DNA of 48,307 bases from Escherichia coli (lineage in GTDB: Bacteria > Pseudomonadota > Gammaproteobacteria > Enterobacterales > Enterobacteriaceae): the NCBI RefSeq assembly GCF_003334385.1, contig NZ_QOWN01000033.1, one strand, 5' to 3'. This document shows positions 12,013 through 26,172 of this stretch, piece by piece. Position numbers and translations under genes: made by a program. Each line of letters begins with the position of its first letter. The first letter of the stretch is position 1. The notes under the pieces are model-generated. The model was not told where the DNA came from, ran no database searches, and saw nothing but the letters and a program-made list of their open reading frames with translations.

Positions 12013-14445
12013 ATGAGTGTGATTGCGCAGGCAGGGGCGAAAGGTCGTCAGCTGCATAAATTTGGTGGCAGTAGTCTGGCTGATGTGAAGTGTTATTTGC
12101 GTGTCGCGGGCATTATGGCGGAGTACTCTCAGCCTGACGATATGATGGTGGTTTCCGCCGCCGGTAGCACCACTAACCAGTTGATTAACTGGTTGAAACT
12201 AAGCCAGACCGATCGTCTCTCTGCGCATCAGGTTCAACAAACGCTGCGTCGCTATCAGTGCGATCTGATTAGCGGTCTGCTACCCGCTGAAGAAGCCGAT
12301 AGCCTCATTAGCGCTTTTGTCAGCGACCTTGAGCGCCTGGCGGCGCTGCTCGACAGCGGTATTAACGACGCAGTGTATGCGGAAGTGGTGGGCCACGGGG
12401 AAGTATGGTCGGCACGTCTGATGTCTGCGGTACTTAATCAACAAGGGCTGCCAGCGGCCTGGCTTGATGCCCGCGAGTTTTTACGCGCTGAACGCGCCGC
12501 ACAACCGCAGGTTGATGAAGGGCTTTCTTACCCGTTGCTGCAACAGCTGCTGGTGCAACATCCGGGCAAACGTCTGGTGGTGACCGGATTTATCAGCCGC
12601 AACAACGCCGGTGAAACGGTGCTGCTGGGGCGTAACGGTTCCGACTATTCCGCGACACAAATCGGTGCGCTGGCGGGTGTTTCTCGCGTAACCATCTGGA
12701 GCGACGTCGCCGGGGTATACAGTGCCGACCCGCGTAAAGTGAAAGATGCCTGCCTGCTGCCGTTGCTGCGTCTGGATGAGGCCAGCGAACTGGCGCGCCT
12801 GGCGGCTCCCGTTCTTCACGCCCGTACTTTACAGCCGGTTTCTGGCAGCGAAATCGACCTGCAACTGCGCTGTAGCTACACGCCGGATCAAGGTTCCACG
12901 CGCATTGAACGCGTGCTGGCCTCCGGTACTGGTGCGCGTATTGTCACCAGCCACGATGATGTCTGTTTGATTGAGTTTCAGGTGCCCGCCAGTCAGGATT
13001 TCAAACTGGCGCATAAAGAGATCGACCAAATCCTGAAACGCGCGCAGGTACGCCCGCTGGCGGTTGGCGTACATAACGATCGCCAGTTGCTGCAATTTTG
13101 CTACACCTCAGAAGTGGCCGACAGTGCGCTGAAAATCCTCGACGAAGCGGGATTACCTGGCGAACTGCGCCTGCGTCAGGGGCTGGCGCTGGTGGCGATG
13201 GTCGGTGCAGGCGTCACCCGTAACCCGCTGCATTGCCACCGCTTCTGGCAGCAACTGAAAGGCCAGCCGGTCGAATTTACCTGGCAGTCCGATGACGGCA
13301 TCAGCCTGGTGGCAGTACTGCGCACCGGCCCGACCGAAAGCCTGATTCAGGGGCTGCATCAGTCCGTCTTCCGCGCAGAAAAACGCATCGGCCTGGTATT
13401 GTTCGGTAAGGGCAATATCGGTTCCCGTTGGCTGGAACTGTTCGCCCGTGAGCAGAGCACGCTTTCGGCACGTACCGGCTTTGAGTTTGTGCTGGCAGGT
13501 GTGGTGGACAGCCGCCGCAGCCTGTTGAGCTATGACGGGCTGGACGCCAGCCGCGCGTTAGCCTTCTTCAACGATGAAGCGGTTGAGCAGGATGAAGAGT
13601 CGTTGTTCCTGTGGATGCGCGCCCATCCGTATGATGATTTAGTGGTGCTGGACGTTACCGCCAGCCAGCAGCTTGCTGATCAGTATCTTGATTTCGCCAG
13701 CCACGGTTTCCACGTTATCAGCGCCAACAAACTGGCGGGAGCCAGCGACAGCAATAAATATCGCCAGATCCACGACGCCTTCGAAAAAACCGGGCGTCAC
13801 TGGCTGTACAATGCCACCGTCGGTGCGGGCTTGCCGATCAACCACACCGTGCGCGATCTGATCGACAGCGGCGATACTATTTTGTCGATCAGCGGGATCT
13901 TCTCCGGCACGCTCTCCTGGCTGTTCCTGCAATTCGACGGTAGCGTGCCGTTTACCGAGCTGGTGGATCAGGCGTGGCAGCAGGGCTTAACCGAACCTGA
14001 CCCGCGTGACGATCTCTCTGGCAAAGACGTGATGCGCAAGCTGGTGATTCTGGCGCGTGAAGCAGGTTACAACATCGAACCGGATCAGGTACGTGTGGAA
14101 TCGCTGGTGCCTGCTCATTGCGAAGGCGGCAGCATCGACCATTTCTTTGAAAATGGCGATGAACTGAACGAGCAGATGGTGCAACGGCTGGAAGCGGCCC
14201 GCGAAATGGGGCTGGTGCTGCGCTACGTGGCGCGTTTCGATGCCAACGGTAAAGCGCGTGTAGGCGTGGAAGCGGTGCGTGAAGATCATCCGTTGGCATC
14301 ACTGCTGCCGTGCGATAACGTCTTTGCCATCGAAAGCCGCTGGTATCGCGATAACCCTCTGGTGATCCGCGGACCTGGCGCTGGGCGCGACGTCACCGCC
14401 GGGGCGATTCAGTCGGATATCAACCGGCTGGCACAGTTGTTGTAA
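12013..14445 (+). CDS. metL: Bifunctional aspartokinase II / homoserine dehydrogenase II MetL (810 aa)
   Basis: Full-length ORF MSVIAQAGAKGRQLHKFGGSSLADVKCYLRVAGIMAEY...; begins 2 bp after the metB stop. Confidence 0.96.
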   Translation: MSVIAQAGAKGRQLHKFGGSSLADVKCYLRVAGIMAEYSQPDDMMVVSAAGSTTNQLINWLKLSQTDRLSAHQVQQTLRRYQCDLISGLLPAEEADSLISAFVSDLERLAALLDSGINDAVYAEVVGHGEVWSARLMSAVLNQQGLPAAWLDAREFLRAERAAQPQVDEGLSYPLLQQLLVQHPGKRLVVTGFISRNNAGETVLLGRNGSDYSATQIGALAGVSRVTIWSDVAGVYSADPRKVKDACLLPLLRLDEASELARLAAPVLHARTLQPVSGSEIDLQLRCSYTPDQGSTRIERVLASGTGARIVTSHDDVCLIEFQVPASQDFKLAHKEIDQILKRAQVRPLAVGVHNDRQLLQFCYTSEVADSALKILDEAGLPGELRLRQGLALVAMVGAGVTRNPLHCHRFWQQLKGQPVEFTWQSDDGISLVAVLRTGPTESLIQGLHQSVFRAEKRIGLVLFGKGNIGSRWLELFAREQSTLSARTGFEFVLAGVVDSRRSLLSYDGLDASRALAFFNDEAVEQDEESLFLWMRAHPYDDLVVLDVTASQQLADQYLDFASHGFHVISANKLAGASDSNKYRQIHDAFEKTGRHWLYNATVGAGLPINHTVRDLIDSGDTILSISGIFSGTLSWLFLQFDGSVPFTELVDQAWQQGLTEPDPRDDLSGKDVMRKLVILAREAGYNIEPDQVRVESLVPAHCEGGSIDHFFENGDELNEQMVQRLEAAREMGLVLRYVARFDANGKARVGVEAVREDHPLASLLPCDNVFAIESRWYRDNPLVIRGPGAGRDVTAGAIQSDINRLAQLL

Positions 14446-14714
14446 TTTCAGAAATTTAATAATGCCCGGTACTCATGTTTTCGGGTTTATGGTTTCTAAT
14501 GAAATATATTGAATTATCATAGGATTAGGCCGGATTAAGCGTTTACGACGAATCCGGCAAGAAGCAATAAGTACATGGTTAGTTTATATTTGCAGTCCGG
14601 TTTGCTTTGCATACCGGATTTTCTTTTTCTTACCATCCTGAAGTTTTTTCATCTTCCCTGATTTTTCCTCACCATCATTGGTCATTTTTCGGTTGACGCC
14701 CTTCGGCTTTTCCT

Positions 14715-14755
14715 TCATCTTTACATCTGGACGTCTAAACGGATAGATGTGCACA
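14715..14755 (+). promoter_or_regulatory. MetJ operator (tandem met boxes) in the metF promoter
   Basis: ACATCTGG ACGTCTAA ACGGATAG ATGTGCAC tandem 8-mers about 40-80 bp upstream of the metF ATG. Confidence 0.6.
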
Positions 14756-14790
14756 ACACAACATATAACTACAAGCGATTGATGAGGTAA

Positions 14791-15684
<894 letters not shown>

Positions 15685-15899
15685 ATAGTGTGGCTTTTGT
15701 GAAAATCACACAGTGATCACAAATTTTAAACAGAGCACAAAATGCTGCCTCGAAATGAGGGCGGGAAAATAAGGTTATCAGCCTTGTTTTCTCCCTCATT
15801 ACTTGAAGGATATGAAGCTAAAACCCTTTTTTATAAAGCATTTGTCCGAATTCGGACATAATCAAAAAAGCTTAATTAAGATCAATTTGATCTACATCT

Positions 15900-18193
<2,294 letters not shown>

Positions 18194-18202
18194 TCTGACC
18201 CC

Positions 18203-18241
18203 GTTCAGCGGCTGCTTGCTGGCAGTCGCTGAACGTTCTTT
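18203..18241 (+). terminator. Intrinsic terminator after katG
   Basis: GTTCAGCGGCTGC-TTGCT-GGCAGTCGCTGAAC hairpin followed by GTTCTTT. Confidence 0.55.
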
Positions 18242-18285
18242 ACCAGCGTATAGTGGGCGAACGAAAACTACACACTGGATCTCTC

Positions 18286-19191
18286 ATGTCTGCCGCAGGA
18301 AAGAGCAACCCACTGGCAATCAGTGGCCTGGTTGTGCTCACACTTATCTGGAGTTATAGCTGGATTTTCATGAAGCAAGTCACCAGTTACATCGGTGCCT
18401 TCGACTTTACCGCCTTACGCTGCATTTTCGGCGCTCTCGTTTTATTCATCGTCCTTTTATTACGTGGTCGCGGAATGCGCCCGACACCGTTTAAATACAC
18501 CTTAGCCATTGCCCTGTTACAAACCTGCGGGATGGTTGGTCTGGCGCAGTGGGCGTTGGTCAGCGGAGGTGCGGGGAAGGTGGCGATCCTGAGCTATACC
18601 ATGCCGTTCTGGGTGGTGATTTTCGCCGCGTTGTTTCTCGGTGAACGCCTGCGACGTGGGCAATATTTCGCGATTCTGATTGCCGCTTTCGGCTTATTTT
18701 TGGTGTTGCAGCCGTGGCAACTCGATTTCTCTTCGATGAAAAGTGCCATGCTGGCAATCCTCTCCGGCGTCAGTTGGGGGGCGAGCGCGATTGTTGCTAA
18801 ACGTCTGTATGCCCGTCATCCGCGCGTGGATTTATTGTCGTTAACATCCTGGCAGATGCTGTATGCGGCGCTGGTGATGAGTGTGGTCGCTTTACTGGTG
18901 CCGCAACGTGAAATTGACTGGCAGCCCACCGTGTTCTGGGCGCTGGCCTACAGTGCGATTCTGGCGACGGCACTGGCGTGGAGCTTATGGTTGTTTGTAT
19001 TGAAAAACTTGCCTGCCAGTATTGCCAGCTTAAGCACACTGGCCGTTCCCGTTTGCGGCGTACTCTTTTCCTGGTGGCTGCTCGGCGAGAATCCGGGGGC
19101 CGTTGAAGGTAGCGGTATTGTGCTGATTGTGCTGGCACTGGCGCTGGTGAGCCGTAAGAAAAAAGAAGCCGTCAGTGTAAAAAGGATCTGA
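18286..19191 (+). CDS. yijE: EamA/DMT-family inner membrane transporter YijE (301 aa)
   Basis: ORF contains [30 protein letters not shown]...; multi-TM protein with two EamA-like halves. Confidence 0.9.
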
Positions 19192-19217
19192 ATTTTTTCT
19201 TCATGTGGGGCGATCTC

Positions 19218-19835
19218 TTATTTAACAAAATAACGATAATGCCCCACCATCCGCCAGTTAAACAGCACATCTTCTTCCTGCGCGCCTGCGCCAATGTTAT
19301 GTATCACCAGCGGCGTACCGTCGCGGGCGAAGCCATCTGAAACCACCCCAATATGTGCCAGCCCGTTATCCAGTCGCCAGGAGACAATATCGCCCGCTTG
19401 ATAGTCACTGGGGTTCTTGCTGGTGGGGCGTGTTTTATCATGGCGGCTAAACCAGGTTTCCAGATTAGGCACCCGACGGTGATCGATGTTGCTGTCCGGG
19501 CGCTTTAACTTCCATTTTTGCGGGTACTCAGCAAAATTCTTCGCCATATCTTCGTGAACCAGTTTCTGCAAATCGACCTTCTGGCTGCGCAATGCGCGGA
19601 TCACCACATCGGAACATACACCGCGTTCTTGCGGAACATCACCGCCAGGATAAGTAAGCTGCACATACGCCGGATCGTAAAATAGCGTGCTGCCAATTTG
19701 CTGTCTGGCACCGTCTGCGATGGCAAGGTTGGTATTGGCCTGGATTTGTACCACGGTTGGTGGAACGGCGGGAGATTTTAAGGAGTGGCTGGTAAATGCC
19801 GTTAGCAGGCTGAGCAGCGCCAGTGAAGCTTTCAT
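19218..19835 (-). CDS. yijF: YijF, exported protein of unknown function (205 aa)
   Basis: ORF MKASLALLSLLTAFTSHSLKSPAVPP... with signal peptide. Confidence 0.88.
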   Translation of the reverse strand: MKASLALLSLLTAFTSHSLKSPAVPPTVVQIQANTNLAIADGARQQIGSTLFYDPAYVQLTYPGGDVPQERGVCSDVVIRALRSQKVDLQKLVHEDMAKNFAEYPQKWKLKRPDSNIDHRRVPNLETWFSRHDKTRPTSKNPSDYQAGDIVSWRLDNGLAHIGVVSDGFARDGTPLVIHNIGAGAQEEDVLFNWRMVGHYRYFVK

Positions 19836-19965
19836 CTGGTTCGTCCGTGAAAATAAGAGTCACAGATTCGACCTTCCGGGCTAACGATTGTTCTGTAGAG
19901 AAAATGTCCAGAAGCGGATAAAAAATTCCTGAACAACGTGGGAGTTTCAGATTACTGGCACAGAG

Positions 19966-20064
19966 TGCCGGATGCGGAGTGAACGCCTTATCCGGCCTAC
20001 AAAAGCACGCAAATTCAATATATTGCAGAGATTGCGTAGGCCTGATAAGCGTAGCGCATCAGGC
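19966..20064. repeat. REP/BIME cluster of RIP type, near-identical in architecture to the one at 10128-10227
   Basis: TGCCGGATGCGGAGTGAACGCCTTATCCGGCCTAC ... CAAATTCAATATATTGCA ... GTAGGCCTGATAAGCGTAGCGCATCAGGC. Confidence 0.8.
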
Positions 20065-20077
20065 AATTTTGCGTTCA

Positions 20078-20102
20078 AACTCCCGGACAAGCCGGGAGTT
20101 TG
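20078..20102 (-). terminator. Possible stem-loop terminator just downstream of gldA
   Basis: CTCCCGGACAAGCCGGGAG hairpin 10 bp after the gldA stop; the U-tract is weak. Confidence 0.3.
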
Positions 20103-20109
20103 GAGTAGG

Positions 20110-21213
20110 TTATTCCCACTCTTGCAGGAAACGCTGACCGTACTGGTCGGCTACCAGCAGAGCGGCGTAAACCTGATCTGGCGTCGCGCCGCCAGGCATG
20201 TTGTGAATGGTTTCACCTTCTGCACATGCCGCTTCTGCCACAATTCGCATTTTCGCCGGGACATCTTCTTTAATATCCAGTTGAGCGAGAGTTATTGGCA
20301 AACCTACCGCATGGCTAAGGGCAGCTACGGTTTCGATTTCCTCCACCGGCGCATTTTCCAGAACCAGCTGCGTCAGCGTACCGAATGCCACTTTTTCACC
20401 GTGATAATAGTGATGCGCGTCCGGGATAGCGGTCAGGCCGTTATGCACTGCGTGCGCCGCAGCCAGACCACCACTTTCAAAACCAACACCGCTCAAATAG
20501 GTGTTCGCTTCAATCACGCGCTCCAGCGCCGGAGTCACTACATGCTGTTCGGCAGCAAGCATCGCTTTTTCGCCTTCTTCCAGCAGGGTGTTGTAGCACA
20601 GTTCAGCCAGTGCCAGCGCAGCCTGGGTGCACTTGCCGCCCGCCATGGTGGTCGCGCCGCTACGAGAGCAGGCACGCGCTTCAAACCAGGTTGCCAGCGC
20701 ATCGCCGATACCCGCCGCTAACAGACGTGCAGGTGCGCCAGCGACGATTTTGGTGTCGACAATGACCATATTCGGGTTATTTGGCAACAGCAGATAGCGG
20801 TCAAACTCACCCTCATCGGTGTAGATAACAGACAATGCGCTGCACGGTGCATCGGTAGAGGCGATAGTCGGTGCGATCGCTACCGGAACACCCATGAAAT
20901 GTGCCAGTGCTTTGGCAGTATCGAGGGTTTTTCCGCCACCGATACCGAGAATTGCGCCACACTGCGCAGTCTCCGCGATGCCACGCAGACGGTCGATCTC
21001 ATTTTGCGAACATTCACCGCCAAACGGCGCAATTTCTACTACCAGTCCAGCATCTTTAAAGCTTTTCTCGACAGTGGATTGAGCAAAACCTAAAACAAAT
21101 TTGTCACCCACCACTAACCAGCGTTCTGCCAGCGGCTTCAGGTATTCGCCCAGACGATTAATCACATCAGCGCCCTGGATGTATTTACCCGGTGATTGAA
21201 TAATGCGGTCCAT
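20110..21213 (-). CDS. gldA: Glycerol dehydrogenase GldA (367 aa)
   Basis: ORF contains [39 protein letters not shown]...; canonical start internal to the track ORF. Confidence 0.95.
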
Positions 21214-21223
21214 AATTGCTCCT

Positions 21224-21886
21224 TTAGAGATGAGTAGTGCCAAATGCGGCATTCCAGTCGTGTTCGAACTTCTCTATAGCTGACTCTACCGCAGGGGTGT
21301 TGAGCATTTGTTGCGCTACATCTAAGGGCAGGGTGATGGATTCACATCCTGCCAGTAAACAGTCCAGCGCCTGACGCGGCGTTTTAAAGCTGGCTGCCAG
21401 CACCATGCTTTCTGGCGCGTGCATTTCTAACAGCGTTTGCAGCTCCTGAACCGTACGAATGCCGTCTCCGCCCTGGGCATCTACGCGGTTAACATACGGA
21501 GCAACGTATTTTGCCCCTGCCAGTGCGGCTAATAACCCTTGTGCGGCGCTATATACAGCAGTGCCAAGTGTAGTAATACCCTCTTTTTTCAGTATTTTAA
21601 TTGCTGCCAGACCTTCGGAAGTCACCGGGATTTTCACCACAATACCCGGAATAGCGTCGCGCAGGCGCTTCGCTTCTTCCACCATCCCCTGCGCGTCGCG
21701 GCTCATGGTCTGAGCAAACAGAATGCCCTCATCACCAATCGCTTTTTGCAGACGCGGCAGCACTTCCCATATGGACTCCTTGCTGGCAGCGATAATGCTC
21801 GGGTTAGTTGTCACCCCGGCAATGGGGAATATGCGTGCCAGACGTTCGACTTCTGCGACGTTAGCGGTGTCCAGATACAGTTCCAT
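21224..21886 (-). CDS. fsaB: Fructose-6-phosphate aldolase 2 (220 aa)
   Basis: Full-length [40 protein letters not shown]..., transaldolase-like fold. Confidence 0.95.
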
Positions 21887-21897
21887 GATGTTTCCTT

Positions 21898-24399
21898 TTA
21901 CAGTTCCAGTTCATGTTGCAGCAGGCTGGCGATAGCGTCGGCAGAGGCGGCGTTAACCAGCGCGTTACGGAATTCTTCGTGCATGATGCGGCGAGCGAGG
22001 CGCGAGAAAATGCGCATATGCTGATCGCCCGCAGCGTGTTTGTTCAGGGTTAACATAATGATGAATTGCGCTTCATCATCGCCCCAGCGCACCGGCGCTT
22101 GCAGACGCGCCACGCTGATGGTGGATTGCTCAATGTGTTCTGATTTGCTGTGTGGAATGGCAAAACTAAAGCCCAGACCGGTAGAGAAAACGGCCTCGCG
22201 CGCCCACAAGTCGGCTTCCAGTTTACGCGGATAGCGGCAGCGGCCCGCCAGCAGCAGGTTATCGGTCATGCCTTTGAGCACTTCTTCTTTGCTGCGCCAG
22301 TCGCTTTCCAGTGTGATGCACTCGGCGGTGACCAGCGGTGCGTCTTGTTGGGTCATGCGGAATTGCGCCAGCAGGTGTTCCACTTCCAGCGAAGTACGGC
22401 AGGCCATTGCCTGGTTGAGCAACTTGCGGCACTCACGGCTATCAAGTTGCGCCATCCGAGCTTTCGCCGCCGGAATTGATGGTGCGCTCATGCTGAGTTC
22501 ATCCAGCCCTAAGCCGACCAGCAACGGCAGCACGGAACCTTTCGCTCCCAGCTCACCGCACAGACCAATCCATTTGCCCTGGCGATGCACCGCTTGCACG
22601 GCGTAATCGAGCGCCCGCAAGAATGCCGGATTCAGGCTGTTGTAGTGACGAGTAACCTTAGCGTTATCGCGATCCACTGCCAGCAGATATTGCGTCAGGT
22701 CATTACTACCAATACTAAAGAAATCAATCTCTTCGCAGCATTGATCGATGATGAACATCACCGACGGCACTTCCAGCATGATGCCGAGCTGGATTTTCTC
22801 ATCAAACGGAATGTGTTCGTTACGTAGTTGCTGTTTGGCTTCCGCCAGTTTTTCTTTCACCCATAAGATCTCTTCCATTGAGGAGATCATCGGGATCATG
22901 ATTTTCAGGCTGCCGTGAGCGGAGGCGCGGAGGATCGACCGTAGCTGCGTGGTAAACAACGACGCGTACTCTTCATAAATACGCACGGCGCGATAACCGA
23001 GGAACGGGTTTGCCTCTGCGGGAATGTTCAGATAATCAACGGGTTTGTCGCCGCCAATGTCCATAGTGCGCACAATAATGCTGCGTCCGTTGGCGGATTC
23101 CAGCGCCTGACAAAAAATGTTGTACAACTCGCTTTCGCCCGGTGCGCTGGTGCGATCCATATAGAGCATTTCAGTGCGGAACAAACCAACGCCTTCCGCA
23201 CCATTGCCGAATGCGGCCTGCGCTTCCACGGAGTGAGCGATGTTAGCGGCAATTTCAATGCGGATACCGTCAGCGGTACGGGCTTGTTGGGTCAGCCAGA
23301 CACGCTGTTGCTCACGCAGGGCGTCCTGTACGCGGGCTTCTTGCTGATAATAACGAGCTACGGCTTCCCCTGGCTCAACCACAATCGCCCCGGCGTTGCC
23401 GTCGATATAAATCGTTTGTTGCTGCCACGGAGTAAGGGCATCAATATCCACACCAACCAGCGTTGGAATGTTGAACGAACGGGCAAGGATCACCGTATGT
23501 GAGGTGGTGCCGCCGCTTTTGAGCAACAATCCTTTGAGGTGATTTTTATCCAGTTCGAGGAACTGGCTGGGGGTCAGTTCATCAGCCATACAAATGGCGG
23601 GCTGCGTCAGTTTTCCCGGTGCCGGGAAGCGTTGCTCACCGTAGATTTGCTGGAGTAACTGGAAGCAGACGTCGCGTACGTCCAGGGCACGTTCTTGCAG
23701 GTAGCTGCTGCTGGAACGGGAAAACTCTTCGCAAAAGTGATTCGCGCTGGCAACAATTGCTTCGGCGCAGCTTAATCCGGCGCTGACGCCTGCCAGTAAA
23801 TGTTCGCGCAGGGAAGTATCGCCAGCCAGGGATCGGTGAGCTTCCAGAATCGCGCTGGTAGCACCGTCGCTATCCAGCAGACGAAACTCAATGTTTTTCA
23901 GTACCAGCGTCAGGCCGTTTTCCAGTGCGGATTGCTCGGCGTCAACGCCTTTGGCTGCGGGAAGATTACCCAGCGCATTGAGATCTAAAGAAGAGATCGG
24001 CGTCAGAATGCCGCCTGCACTACCGCTGCACACGGTGCGGGCGCGGATAATTTGCGGATTCAGATTGGTCAGTGAAACCGGCAGTGGTTCCAGTTCGTCA
24101 GATTTAACTTCCGCCAGCGGCGCATCGCAGTGGGGGAATTCATCGCGCAGCCATTGGCTTAAACGCTGGTGCGCTTCCTGTTCGTCGGCCCCGGAAATCA
24201 GTAACTGGCAGTTATCGCCCGCCAGCGTATCGGTGCCAATCAGCGCAAGGGCGCTTTTGGCGTTGCCCTTGCGGTCAGTGCGCAGGTTATGCCACTCAAT
24301 TTGTGATGAAAAAGTATTACACAGCGTTTCAACGTGGCTTGCCGGACGCGCATGTACGCCGTTAGGTAGCTCACAAATAAATTCCACAATCAGGGCCAT
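21898..24399 (-). CDS. ptsA: Multiphosphoryl transfer PTS protein PtsA/FrwA (EI-HPr-EIIA-like fusion, 833 aa)
   Basis: Full-length [31 protein letters not shown]... (HPr-like His) with enzyme-I-like and EIIA-like domains. Confidence 0.95.
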
Positions 24400-24707
24400 T
24401 GCCTCTCTCCCGGTACGGTTTTCTGTTTACAGGATAAGAGCGCACGGCAACGGCCTGCCATGTGACAAATCTGCCAAAAGCTGGACAAATGTAATGTAAC
24501 CGTCAATTTGCGACGCGTCTCACAAGACGCTGTTTTGCGGCATGCTTCCGGTTTATCGCAAGTTATGAGGCGGATCGCATTTTTGTACTGATATTACAAA
24601 AGTCCAGTAAATGGCCTTTTTATCCACTGTTTGCTCCGCCTGCGATTGCCTATTGTTTCCTCCATCAAAAATATGGACATGGGCTTTCGCAAGCCCGGGA
24701 GCAGCTT

Positions 24708-25787
24708 ATGAATGAGTTGGTGCAGATCCTGAAAAATACCCGTCAGCATTTAATGACGGGCGTTTCACACATGATTCCCTTCGTGGTATCGGGCGGTATT
24801 TTGCTGGCGGTTTCCGTCATGTTGTATGGCAAAGGCGCAGTGCCGGATGCCGTAGCCGATCCAAATCTGAAAAAACTGTTTGATATCGGCGTTGCGGGCT
24901 TGACGCTGATGGTGCCTTTCCTCGCAGCGTACATCGGTTATTCCATTGCAGAGCGTTCTGCGCTGGCTCCGTGCGCTATCGGTGCCTGGGTTGGTAACAG
25001 CTTTGGTGCGGGCTTCTTTGGTGCACTGATCGCCGGGATTATCGGCGGCATCGTGGTGCATTACCTGAAGAAAATTCCGGTGCATAAAGTTCTGCGCTCG
25101 GTGATGCCTATCTTCATTATTCCTATCGTCGGCACACTGATTACCGCAGGCATCATGATGTGGGGCTTGGGCGAGCCTGTAGGGGCGTTGACCAACAGCC
25201 TGACTCAGTGGCTTCAGGGGATGCAGCAGGGCAGCATTGTTATGCTGGCGGTGATCATGGGTCTGATGCTGGCGTTCGATATGGGCGGTCCGGTTAACAA
25301 AGTGGCCTATGCCTTCATGCTGATTTGCGTTGCTCAGGGTGTTTATACCGTGGTGGCCATCGCTGCCGTGGGTATTTGTATCCCGCCGCTGGGGATGGGG
25401 CTGGCGACGCTGATTGGTCGTAAAAATTTCTCCGCAGAAGAGCGCGAAACCGGCAAAGCGGCACTGGTGATGGGCTGTGTTGGCGTTACTGAAGGGGCGA
25501 TTCCTTTCGCCGCTGCCGATCCGCTGCGTGTCATTCCTTCCATCATGGTCGGTTCAGTTTGTGGTGCAGTAACTGCGGCGCTGGTCGGTGCGCAGTGCTA
25601 TGCAGGCTGGGGTGGTCTGATTGTGCTGCCGGTGGTTGAAGGCAAGCTGGGTTATATCGCAGCAGTGGCTGTCGGAGCAGTGGTGACGGCTGTTTGTGTG
25701 AACGTGCTGAAAAGTCTGGCGCGTAAAAATGGGTCTTCGACTGATGAAAAAGAAGACGACCTGGATTTGGATTTTGAAATTAATTAA
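24708..25787 (+). CDS. frwC: Fructose-like PTS permease EIIC component FrwC (359 aa)
   Basis: Full-length multi-TM ORF MNELVQILKNTRQHLMTGVSHMIPFVVSGGILLAV.... Confidence 0.95.
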   Translation: MNELVQILKNTRQHLMTGVSHMIPFVVSGGILLAVSVMLYGKGAVPDAVADPNLKKLFDIGVAGLTLMVPFLAAYIGYSIAERSALAPCAIGAWVGNSFGAGFFGALIAGIIGGIVVHYLKKIPVHKVLRSVMPIFIIPIVGTLITAGIMMWGLGEPVGALTNSLTQWLQGMQQGSIVMLAVIMGLMLAFDMGGPVNKVAYAFMLICVAQGVYTVVAIAAVGICIPPLGMGLATLIGRKNFSAEERETGKAALVMGCVGVTEGAIPFAAADPLRVIPSIMVGSVCGAVTAALVGAQCYAGWGGLIVLPVVEGKLGYIAAVAVGAVVTAVCVNVLKSLARKNGSSTDEKEDDLDLDFEIN

Positions 25788-25801
25788 TTGAGGAACGAGC
25801 C

Positions 25802-26122
25802 ATGACGAAAATTATTGCAGTAACCGCATGTCCTTCAGGTGTTGCCCATACCTATATGGCAGCAGAGGCGCTGGAAAGTGCCGCGAAAGCGAAAGGCTGG
25901 GAAGTGAAAGTAGAAACCCAGGGGTCAATTGGTCTGGAAAATGAACTGACTGCGGAAGATGTGGCGAGCGCTGATATGGTGATTCTGACCAAAGATATCG
26001 GCATCAAGTTTGAAGAGCGTTTTGCTGGCAAGACCATCGTGCGCGTCAACATCAGCGATGCAGTAAAACGTGCTGACGCCATTATGAGCAAAATTGAAGC
26101 TCACCTGGCGCAAACCGCTTAA
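25802..26122 (+). CDS. frwB: Fructose-like PTS EIIB component FrwB (106 aa)
   Basis: ORF MTKIIAVTACPSGVAHTYMAAEALESAAKAKGWEV... with the CPSGVAHT phospho-cysteine motif. Confidence 0.95.
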   Translation: MTKIIAVTACPSGVAHTYMAAEALESAAKAKGWEVKVETQGSIGLENELTAEDVASADMVILTKDIGIKFEERFAGKTIVRVNISDAVKRADAIMSKIEAHLAQTA

Positions 26123-26172
26123 GTTCTTCTCCCGCTCGCAAGGGCGGGTTCGCTTTCCCACAGGAGTTCCTC